Below, piece after piece: positions 55,368 through 63,252 of a stretch of 64,000 bases of DNA. The stretch covers positions 48,214-112,213 of the forward strand of contig SHZF01000009.1 of assembly GCA_009692425.1 (NCBI GenBank). The letters are read 5' to 3'. The position numbers were made by a program, and so were the translations under genes. The notes beneath the pieces were generated by a model. The model worked only from the letters and a program-made list of their open reading frames with translations, had not been told where the DNA came from and did not search any database. Source of the stretch: Myxococcales bacterium. GTDB lineage: Bacteria > Myxococcota_A > UBA9042. Numbering within the stretch: position 1 is the stretch's first letter; the number at the start of each line of letters is the position of its first letter.

Positions 55368-56192
55368 ATGCACGAACGCACCATGCCCTTCGACGAACGC
55401 ACCATGCCCTTCGACGAACGCACCATGCCCTTCGACGAACGCACCATGCCCTTCGACGAACGCAGTGCCGTGCCCCGGGTTCCGCTGGCGCTGCGGGCGT
55501 ACCTGGCATCAATCGAGAACTGTTTTATTGCGTTGCGCGGACGTGGCATCCAGTGGTCGCACGACGACGGTGCCCGCGCCCGCTCGTGGTTCGACGTCGG
55601 CGTGCCAGCCGGGGCGGTCGTGCGCGTCATCGAAGCGCGGGTTCGCGCTTGGGAATTCTCGCACGGCCGCGCGAGTTCCGTGCCGGCGAGCCTGCGCTGG
55701 TACGACCCCGCCGTGCTCGACCACACCCGCCACCTGCGCCGCGTGGGCCACACCGAAGGTCACGCGTGCGAATCGACCGGCGTGCCAGCCGACGCCGACA
55801 TCACCCTCGGCCACCTGGTCGACATGGCTGCCGACCTCGCCCGCAGCGCCCCGGCGCCCATCGCAGCGCACGCGTACCGGGCCGGCTTTGCCGCGCTCGA
55901 TCGCCGCCTGCACGGCTCGGATGCCGAAGACGCCACACCGCCCGATCTCGATGCCGTGGTCGATCGGGCCCGTGCGGCCGTGGTGAAGGCGGCGCTGGGA
56001 GGGTTGCCGGATGCCGAACGCGCAGCGCTCGAAGCCGACATCGAGGAGCAACTCCGCCCCCTGCGCGCAACGCTGAGTCGCAAGGCGTTGCAGGCACGCG
56101 GCCGCCTGTTGCTCGAAGCGCGCATCTCGGCGCACTTGGGCCTGCGCCTGCCGACGCGGGCAGGTTGGAAGGAACCCGATGACCTCGCATGA
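55368..56192 (+). CDS. hypothetical protein with N-terminal (ERTMPFD)x4 repeat
   Basis: First ATG is 55368; each repeat unit adds another in-frame ATG. The helical body LRAYLASIENCFIALRGRGIQWSHDDGARARSWFDVGVPAGAVVRVIEARV weakly recalls DnaD/DnaB co-loader winged-helix domains (speculative). 14-nt overlap with the next gene. Confidence 0.6.
   Translation: MHERTMPFDERTMPFDERTMPFDERTMPFDERSAVPRVPLALRAYLASIENCFIALRGRGIQWSHDDGARARSWFDVGVPAGAVVRVIEARVRAWEFSHGRASSVPASLRWYDPAVLDHTRHLRRVGHTEGHACESTGVPADADITLGHLVDMAADLARSAPAPIAAHAYRAGFAALDRRLHGSDAEDATPPDLDAVVDRARAAVVKAALGGLPDAERAALEADIEEQLRPLRATLSRKALQARGRLLLEARISAHLGLRLPTRAGWKEPDDLA
55374..55457. repeat. 4 x 21-bp perfect in-frame tandem repeat (ERTMPFD)
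   Basis: gaacgcaccatgcccttcgac x4, then a diverged fifth unit. Confidence 0.9.
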
Positions 56193-57189
56193 CGCCACCG
56201 GTCCTTCGATGCCTGGCGCGGCGGCGCGGCCCCTCGCGGCGTGCCAGGCTGCCGACGCGGACGTCGCATGCGCGATCTGTCACGGCGATGGCTTTACGAC
56301 CGGGGCTGGCGCCGACCAGGCCGAGGCCCGCCTGTGTGCGCACCTGGCGGCGTGCCCGGCATGTCGCGGCTCCGGGTGGCGGCGAACGCGCGATGCAGGT
56401 GGCTACGAAGTCGTCGAACCGTGCGATCTGCGCCTCCTGCTCCACCGGATCGGCCTGTTCAACGCAGCGGGCATCCCGGCGGCGTATCACGCGGCGACGT
56501 TGGCCGGGTACGACCCGCGCGGTGGCAATCAGAGCGAGGTGCGCATGCGCTTCGCAGACCTGCAGAAGCGGTTGGAGGCCGGTGTCCAGCCCGGCGGCAA
56601 GGTGCCGGTGCAGACGAAGGGCATCGGCTTGTCGGGTCCGCCCGGCGTCGGCAAGACACACTTGCTGGTCGCGATGGCGCGCCACCTTGCATTGGACCTT
56701 GGCGTCGCGGTGCGCTTCACCGATTTTTCCCGGTTGCTGTGGTCGCTCAAGGCGGGGTTTTCGGCGGGGCAGGGCGAGGCCCAGTTGATTCAGCCGCTGG
56801 CCGATGTCGAAGTGCTCTTCCTCGACGAGATGGGCAAGGGACGCGCGTCGGAGTGGGAGATAGGCGTGCTCGACGCGCTCGTGTGCGCACGCTACGACCG
56901 CGGGCTGCTGACCTTTTTTGCGACGAATTTCGCGTTCGGCCCACCGGACCTGACCGACTATGCGCGCGCCGAAGCCATCTTGCGCGATGGAGGCACCGCC
57001 GCCGTCGAGACCCTGGGCGAGCGCGTCACGGAGCGGATTCTCTCCCGCCTCCAGGCCATGTGCGCGCTCGCGACGCTGCAAGGTGACGATCGTCGGCCGC
57101 AGACATGGGCTCGACCGCCGGGCCGGTCTACGGGGCCGATTGGCGCCCGCGGCACGGCACCACCGCCCGTTCAGCGGCGGCCGGGATGA
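56179..57189 (+). CDS. DnaC/DnaI/IstB-like AAA+ ATPase with N-terminal DnaJ-type zinc motifs
   Basis: CAICHGDGF and CPACRGSGW (CxxCxGxG x2). IPAAYHAATLAGYDP, Walker A GPPGVGKTHLLVAMA, Walker B VLFLDEMG, FFATNF. ATG 56179 follows GGAAGGAA. Confidence 0.8.
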   Translation: MTSHDATGPSMPGAAARPLAACQAADADVACAICHGDGFTTGAGADQAEARLCAHLAACPACRGSGWRRTRDAGGYEVVEPCDLRLLLHRIGLFNAAGIPAAYHAATLAGYDPRGGNQSEVRMRFADLQKRLEAGVQPGGKVPVQTKGIGLSGPPGVGKTHLLVAMARHLALDLGVAVRFTDFSRLLWSLKAGFSAGQGEAQLIQPLADVEVLFLDEMGKGRASEWEIGVLDALVCARYDRGLLTFFATNFAFGPPDLTDYARAEAILRDGGTAAVETLGERVTERILSRLQAMCALATLQGDDRRPQTWARPPGRSTGPIGARGTAPPPVQRRPG

Positions 57190-58586
57190 TCTGTCCCCGC
57201 TGCCAGGCGTCGCAACCCGACGCGCCGGAGTGCGCGCGCTGTGGCGTCTTCATTGGAAAGGCGAAGGCGAGCCCTCTCAGCGCCGCGCCGACGCCAACCC
57301 AGCCCGACCCCGACGACCTGTGGGGCGACCTCGATGCGGTCGAAGTCGTGATTCCCGAGGGCGTCGAGGCAGCGCGCCTGAACCAGCCTTCGCCCAACGT
57401 GGCTCAGCGTGGCCCAGCTTCCTCCCGCGCGCGGGCAGAGGTCGCGCCGCAGCTCAGTGACCGGCCGCCACAAGGGCGCTGGCTGGAGCGGGCGCTCGCC
57501 GAGTTGCGCCACCGGCTGGCCACCCGCTCGCCCGCGCCGAGTGCGCGCGCGTTGACGTTCCTCCACCTTGGCCGTCTGCTCGGGGGCGGCGTCGGGCACG
57601 CCGAGGCCCTCCCAACGGTGCGCGCGGTCGTCGGCCCCGGCACGATGGAGCGCAACCTCGCCGGCGTGCAGGCGGACGTCGAAGGCGGACTCCCCCTGCA
57701 TGAGGCGCTGGCGGCCCGGCCGTGGGCATTCGACCCTGTCGAGGTGAGCGTGCTCGCGGCCGCCGCCGGCGATGTGCGGCGCCAGGGCAGGCTCTGCGTG
57801 CGGCTCCACGAGCGCCTGGCCGGTGGTGCAGACCCGTGGCGCACCTTGGCGCGCGAGTTGAGCTGGCCCGCGTTCGTTGCGCTGACGGCCTGCTTCCTGC
57901 TGCCGATCCCGCGCTACGCGATTGCCGGGGGCGCAGCCTATGCTGCCGAGATGATGGGCAATCTTCTCTTGCTCGGTGCGGTCGCCGGCCTCGGCTTCGT
58001 CGTCCTCCCCCTGGTCCTGTCGCAGCCCGACGTGCGGGCCCGGCTCCTGCTCGCGGGTGCTCGCATCCCGGGGGTCCGCACGCTCGTGCTCGACCGGCGT
58101 TGGGCGCTGGTGTGTTCTGGGCTTTCCGTCGCGCTTGAGGCCGGCGTCGCACCCGAGCTGGCGTTACATCTGGCCGGCGCAGCGAGTGGCGAGCCCGAAT
58201 TGCAGGCCGCGGCGGCGCGCAAGGCCCCCGAGGTCGCCGGTGTCGGCATTGGGGCCGCCTTTGCCGATTTCCCCGGACTTGATGCCCAAACCCGCGCCCT
58301 CGTCACTGCGGCGGCCCGCGCCGGCACGCTGGCGCAAGGACTGGCCGAGTTGGCAGCCGACCGGCGGGCGCGGTTCCAGCGTGACGTGCACATCGCCGCC
58401 CTTGGCGTACGCGGCGGCGCGTCGGCCATCGTCTCGATCGTCGTCGCGGTGCGCCTCATCTCGAAGGTCATGCAGTTGTTTGCGGACCCGACCGCCCTGA
58501 TGCCCGCAGGCGATCAGGCCGACCTGCAGCGCGAACTTGGCAAGGCGTATCAGCAGGTCGAGCACCCACCCGCGGGAGACCACTGA
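57186..58586 (+). CDS. zinc-ribbon plus two T2SSF (GspF/PilC-like) domains membrane protein
   Basis: ATGA overlap with the upstream stop. MICPRCQASQPDAPECARCG. LGRLLGGGVGHAEALPTV...VEGGLPLHEALAARPWAFDP and LSVALEAGVAPELALHLAG...AARAGTLAQGLAELA match the two-fold T2SSF pattern, separated by TM helices. Confidence 0.7.
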   Translation: MICPRCQASQPDAPECARCGVFIGKAKASPLSAAPTPTQPDPDDLWGDLDAVEVVIPEGVEAARLNQPSPNVAQRGPASSRARAEVAPQLSDRPPQGRWLERALAELRHRLATRSPAPSARALTFLHLGRLLGGGVGHAEALPTVRAVVGPGTMERNLAGVQADVEGGLPLHEALAARPWAFDPVEVSVLAAAAGDVRRQGRLCVRLHERLAGGADPWRTLARELSWPAFVALTACFLLPIPRYAIAGGAAYAAEMMGNLLLLGAVAGLGFVVLPLVLSQPDVRARLLLAGARIPGVRTLVLDRRWALVCSGLSVALEAGVAPELALHLAGAASGEPELQAAAARKAPEVAGVGIGAAFADFPGLDAQTRALVTAAARAGTLAQGLAELAADRRARFQRDVHIAALGVRGGASAIVSIVVAVRLISKVMQLFADPTALMPAGDQADLQRELGKAYQQVEHPPAGDH

Positions 58587-58589
58587 CCG

Positions 58590-59282
58590 ATGCGGACCCT
58601 GGCCATCGGAGTCCTGGCCCTTGCTTGCGGCGGCGCGATCGGCCTTCTTGCCAGCGGTCTCCTGCTCCGGGACCTGCGCGTCGCCCCGCCCTTCGACATC
58701 GACGCGTTCGAGGGCTCCACGGTGCCTGCCTCGCTGCCGCCCGCTCCGGTGGCCACGCGTGTGCAGATCGCTCCCGACCCGACGGAGACGCAGGGGCGCG
58801 TCGCAGAGCCTGCTGGCCCCGACCCACCGGATGCCATGCGGTCAGGCTCAACTCCGGACGCCGAGGCTGGCGGCGGAATCCTGGTGCCCGCGCCCCTCGA
58901 CGGAACTGTCGCCGCCGCACCCGATTGGAGCTTGATTCCCCGCGGCCCTGGCCGCTTTGCCCTGCTCGATCTTGCGGCTGCCCACCTGGGCGCCGTGGCA
59001 TTGCGGGCTGGGCGGTTGGAGCGCGACGGGGCGAGGCAGCCCCGGGCATTCACCAGTGCACCGAAGCTTGCCGTGTTGCGGGGCGAACGCGTCCGGGTCG
59101 AACTGCTCCACGTCGCGACCGACGCCGAAGCGCAACCGATCCTGGCCCATGTGCGCACTGCGGCCGGACTGGAGGGCATCGTTCTGCTGCGCAGCGGCGG
59201 CCTGGCGATTCGCTTGCTGCCGGACGCGGCGGAAGCAAAGGGGCCGCACGACACCGAATCTGCGCCCGTTGTTGAGCCATAG
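58590..59282 (+). CDS. hypothetical membrane-anchored protein
   Basis: Starts 3 nt after the upstream stop. N-terminal TM LAIGVLALACGGAIGLLASGLLL. No family recognised. Confidence 0.55.
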   Translation: MRTLAIGVLALACGGAIGLLASGLLLRDLRVAPPFDIDAFEGSTVPASLPPAPVATRVQIAPDPTETQGRVAEPAGPDPPDAMRSGSTPDAEAGGGILVPAPLDGTVAAAPDWSLIPRGPGRFALLDLAAAHLGAVALRAGRLERDGARQPRAFTSAPKLAVLRGERVRVELLHVATDAEAQPILAHVRTAAGLEGIVLLRSGGLAIRLLPDAAEAKGPHDTESAPVVEP

Positions 59283-59353
59283 CCACGGGACCGCTCACTT
59301 CGATCAACATCTACAAGTCGGTTGTCACCCCTTGCTGAATCGCTAGACCGGAA

Positions 59354-59656
59354 TCATCTGACGATCGCATAGTGCGTCAGTGCGCCGCACGTGGCTTCCC
59401 GATGACGTCGATCAGATAAAAACACGTAAACAGAACATGAATATACAAGTGACCTCCTCATGCCCTCTGGTGGAATGATCATGCCGTACAGCTGGCGCAA
59501 CGCGTCTTTCGATAGACGATCGTCAGACTCCATCGAAACAAGATAATCTGCTGCTATATCCAGTAGATATACGTGGCGCTCACGGGCAAATTCCTGAAAG
59601 TCTGTGAAAAAGTCGGGAGACTCGACGCCCCGACAATCGGCATAGATACTTGTCAA
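59354..59656 (-). CDS. orphan small protein in low-GC islet
   Basis: 100-codon ORF in a stretch of roughly 40-55% G+C. Its amino-acid composition (Tyr/Ile/Phe/Asp/Glu rich) is unlike the high-GC artefact ORFs. No family recognised. Confidence 0.45.
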   Translation of the reverse strand: MTSIYADCRGVESPDFFTDFQEFARERHVYLLDIAADYLVSMESDDRLSKDALRQLYGMIIPPEGMRRSLVYSCSVYVFLSDRRHREATCGALTHYAIVR

Positions 59657-59800
59657 CCGCGGGGCGAGCCCCCATCATCTGCCCAAGCCAACACCGGCAG
59701 GTCGCCTCCCGAGTCCGGGACGGCGGGCCGGGCGACCAGTGGGGGACACGTGATTGCAGGACTTGCGCGGGCACGCACCGCAAAGGGCGGGCATTCGATC

Positions 59801-60220
59801 ATGACGAATGACAAAGATCGGCAGAGGTCGGTGACGATTCCGGCGCGGCGCCTGTCGCGGGCCGAAATCCAGGAGGGCATCTCGCTGTCGGACTGGATGG
59901 ATGTGCCGCGGCCGAGGACGCGCTCGGAGTGCGTCGATGGTCCGCGGCCCTGCCCGTTTGTCGCATGCAAATACCACCTGTTCTTGGACGTGAATCCCGT
60001 CACGGGCTCGATCAAGATCAACTTCCCCAAGAAAGACGTGTGGGACCTCGAGGAGACGTGCTCGCTCGACATCGCGGACCGCGGCGGGATCACACTCGAA
60101 GAAGTCGGCGCCATCATGAACCTGACGCGCGAGCGCATTCGTCAGGTCGAAGTCGCCGGCCTCGAGCGCCTCCAAGCTGAGGACTTCGCCCTCGACCTCG
60201 AAACCGTGTTCCGAGCGTAG
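59801..60220 (+). CDS. small DNA-binding protein with sigma-70 region-4-like HTH and Cys3His motif
   Basis: ATG 59801 (MTNDKDR...). [16 protein letters not shown] followed by [28 protein letters not shown]. Confidence 0.7.
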   Translation: MTNDKDRQRSVTIPARRLSRAEIQEGISLSDWMDVPRPRTRSECVDGPRPCPFVACKYHLFLDVNPVTGSIKINFPKKDVWDLEETCSLDIADRGGITLEEVGAIMNLTRERIRQVEVAGLERLQAEDFALDLETVFRA

Positions 60221-60304
60221 CGTTATAGGGGTGCGCCGCGGGCGGCCCTTGTCCGCGGTCGAGCCGTGGCCTAGCCTTCGCGCGCTCTGACCGGCGGAGG
60301 CCCT

Positions 60305-61879
60305 GTGCGCAAGATCGCCCTGCTGTCCTGTTCTGACAAGGAAGGCCTGCTCGAGTTCGCGGTATCGCTGCTGCGTGCGGGCTACACGATCGTCTCGACG
60401 GGCGGCACCGCGGGGATGCTGTACGAGAACGGCGTGCCCGTGGAACCGGTCGAGTCGATCACGCGCGTGCCCGAGATGCTCGACGGCCGCGTCAAGACGC
60501 TGCACCCCGCAGTCCACGGCGGCATCCTAGCGCGCCGCGACATTGCCGCGCACATGGAGACGCTGGCACGCTGGAACATCGCCCAGATCGACGTCGTCTG
60601 CGTCAATCTCTACCCGTTTCGCGAGACGCTGCTCGACGCCGAGGCCGACGACGCCGAATGCATTGAGCAGATCGACATCGGCGGGCCCGCGATGGTGCGC
60701 TCGGCCGCCAAGAACCATGGCGACGTCGTCGTCGTGGTCGATCCCGCAGACTACGCCGACGTCGGGGCGAGCCTCGGCGCCGGCAACATGAGCCTCGATC
60801 GGAGGCGCGCGCTCGCCGCCAAGGCCTTCCAACACGTCGCCGAATACGACACGGCCGTCGCCCGCTGGTTGGCCAACGGCGACCGAGCGGCCGCGGCGGC
60901 CGGCGGAACGGGTCTCGCGACGGCACCGGGCGACATTCTTGTCCACCTCGGGCACCCCAGCGCGCTGCGGTACGGCGAGAATCCCCACCAGAAGGCTTGG
61001 CGATTCGACGACATGCGCGGCACGGCGGCCCTGACGCAACGCTGGACCGTCTACCAGGGCAAGGAACTCGGCTACAACAACCTCGTCGATGCCGACGCCG
61101 CGTGGCAACTCTTGCAGGACCTGCCGCGCGATCAGCCGGCCGCATGTGTGGTCAAGCACGCGAACCCGTGCGGAGTAGGTTCCGTTCCGACGTCGATCGC
61201 AGGGGCGGTGATGCGGGCCATCGAGGCGGACCCGATCGCGGCATTCGGAGGCGTACTCGCGCTGAACCGGCCGCTCGACCTGACCGCGATGCGCGCCATC
61301 GGCGAGCGGTTTCTCGAGGTGGTGCTTGCGCCCGGCTTTGACGAGGGTGTGCTCGAAGAACTCGCGGCGAAGCCAAACCTGCGCGTGATCGACATCAGCA
61401 ACCTGCAGCCCGGCGGCGTGCGTATGGTGATCAAGCCGACAGTGTTCGGGGTGCTGGCGCAGGAGCCAGACGCCATCGACCCCGGCCTGGGGCCCCAGGT
61501 GCGCACGGTGACGAAGTTGGAGCCGAGCGCGAACGACCGCAAGGCGCTGGACCTGCTGTGGCGCATCTGCAAGCACGTGAAATCGAATGCGATCGTGATC
61601 GGCGACGAGCGCGGCACGATCGGCATCGGTGCGGGCCAGATGTCGCGGGTCGACGCGGCGACGATCGCGTGCGGCAAGGCGCGCAAGGGGCTCAAGGCGA
61701 CGGCCGCGGCGTCCGACGCGTTCTTTCCGTTTCCCGACGGGGTCGAAACACTGGCGCGCGCTGGCATCAAGGCGATCGTGCAGCCCGGCGGCTCCAAAAA
61801 GGACGCGGAAGTGATCGCCGCTGCCGATGCGCTCGGCGTGGCGATGTTGCTCACGGGTACCCGGCATTTTCGCCACTGA
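60305..61879 (+). CDS. purH: bifunctional AICAR transformylase / IMP cyclohydrolase
   Basis: ALLSCSDKEGLLEFA...STGGTAGML...DGRVKTLHPAVHGGILARR, plus a full-length AICARFT domain ending GTRHFRH. GTG start. Confidence 0.95.
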   Translation: MRKIALLSCSDKEGLLEFAVSLLRAGYTIVSTGGTAGMLYENGVPVEPVESITRVPEMLDGRVKTLHPAVHGGILARRDIAAHMETLARWNIAQIDVVCVNLYPFRETLLDAEADDAECIEQIDIGGPAMVRSAAKNHGDVVVVVDPADYADVGASLGAGNMSLDRRRALAAKAFQHVAEYDTAVARWLANGDRAAAAAGGTGLATAPGDILVHLGHPSALRYGENPHQKAWRFDDMRGTAALTQRWTVYQGKELGYNNLVDADAAWQLLQDLPRDQPAACVVKHANPCGVGSVPTSIAGAVMRAIEADPIAAFGGVLALNRPLDLTAMRAIGERFLEVVLAPGFDEGVLEELAAKPNLRVIDISNLQPGGVRMVIKPTVFGVLAQEPDAIDPGLGPQVRTVTKLEPSANDRKALDLLWRICKHVKSNAIVIGDERGTIGIGAGQMSRVDAATIACGKARKGLKATAAASDAFFPFPDGVETLARAGIKAIVQPGGSKKDAEVIAAADALGVAMLLTGTRHFRH

Positions 61880-61889
61880 CGAGGCCAAC

Positions 61890-63194
61890 ATGCGCGTCCT
61901 GGTCGTGGGCAATGGCGGGCGCGAGCACGCGCTGGTGTGGGCGGCGGTGCGCGCGGGCGCCGTGGTGTGGGCGACGCGGCCGAACCCTGGCATGGCGCCG
62001 TTGTGCAGCGCACTCGACCTGTCCGCCACCGACATTGACGGTGTCGTCGCGGCGGCGTGCGCCCTCGCCATCGATCTGGTGCTGATCGGACCCGAGGCAC
62101 CGCTCGTGGCAGGGCTCGCCGACGCCCTGCGGGCTGCTGGCGTCACCGTGCTCGGTCCTGGGCGCAGCGCGGCGCGGCTCGAGGCGTCGAAGGCATTCGC
62201 GAAGGATTTCCTGGCGCGGCACGGCATCCCGACCGCGCGCCACCGCACGTGTCATACGGTGTCGGAATCCATGGCGTTCTTGGCCGAATTCGGGGCGCCG
62301 GTCGTCGTGAAGGCCGACGGCCTCGCCGCGGGCAAAGGCGTCGTCGTCGCCGAGACGGAACGCGATGCGCGCGCGGCCATCGAGGCGTTCCAGCAGCGGC
62401 GCCACCTGGGCGATGCCGGCGCGACGCTCGTGCTCGAAGAGCGGTTGCAGGGGCCGGAAGTTTCTGCGCTGGCGCTGTGCGACGGAGAGCGGTTGGTGGC
62501 CTTCGATCTGTGCCGCGACCACAAGCGGCTCGGCGACGGCGACACCGGACCCAATACCGGAGGGATGGGCGCCGTGTGCCCCGTGCCCGGCGTGGCGCGT
62601 GAGGTCCACGCGGCCATCCTGCAAGACGTGCTGCTGGCGACCGTGGCGGGCCTGCGCCGCGACGGCCTCGACTACCGCGGGGTGCTGTATGCGGGGGTGA
62701 TGCTCACGCCAGACGGTCCCAAGGTGCTGGAGTACAACGTGCGCTTCGGCGACCCGGAGGCGCAGGTGCTGCTGCCCCGCCTCGGGCGCGCGTTTCTGCC
62801 GGCGGCGTGGCAGGCAGCGCGCGGGTGTCTGGCCGGGCCGATCGAGCCCGAAGATGCGCGGCCCGCGGTCGCCGTTGTCGTCGCGGCACCCGGCTACCCG
62901 AGTGGACCGACCGCCGGAGCCGTCGTCTCCGGGATCGCCGCAGCCGAGGCGGGCGGCACGCTCGTATTCCAGGCCGGCACGGCCCAATGCGGCGCGCACG
63001 TTGTGGCGAGCGGCGGGCGTGTGCTGGCGGTCACTGCGCTGGGGTCCACCTTTTCGGCGGCGATTGTGCGGGCCTACGAAGGGGTTGCCTGCATTGGCCT
63101 GGCGGGCGGCCAGTTCCGCCGCGACATCGGCGCCACCACAACGGATCCGGCGCGTCCTTTGCCAGCCCAGGATTCACCGACTGACGCCCCTTGA
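61890..63194 (+). CDS. purD: phosphoribosylamine-glycine ligase
   Basis: ATG 61890 (MRVLVVGNGGREHAL...). VVVKADGLAAGKGVVV, GDTGPNTGGMGA. Confidence 0.95.
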   Translation: MRVLVVGNGGREHALVWAAVRAGAVVWATRPNPGMAPLCSALDLSATDIDGVVAAACALAIDLVLIGPEAPLVAGLADALRAAGVTVLGPGRSAARLEASKAFAKDFLARHGIPTARHRTCHTVSESMAFLAEFGAPVVVKADGLAAGKGVVVAETERDARAAIEAFQQRRHLGDAGATLVLEERLQGPEVSALALCDGERLVAFDLCRDHKRLGDGDTGPNTGGMGAVCPVPGVAREVHAAILQDVLLATVAGLRRDGLDYRGVLYAGVMLTPDGPKVLEYNVRFGDPEAQVLLPRLGRAFLPAAWQAARGCLAGPIEPEDARPAVAVVVAAPGYPSGPTAGAVVSGIAAAEAGGTLVFQAGTAQCGAHVVASGGRVLAVTALGSTFSAAIVRAYEGVACIGLAGGQFRRDIGATTTDPARPLPAQDSPTDAP

Positions 63195-63252
63195 CGCGTC
63201 CCGCCGGAGGCGCACACCCTACCCGTCCGGACTCTCCGCCCGCTGAGGCTAC

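Noticed and set aside
60221-60304. ZTP (pfl) riboswitch upstream of purH.
   Set aside because: The leader is only 84 nt. It lacks the conserved GGGUCGUGAC...CCGCCUGGGC elements as I remember them.
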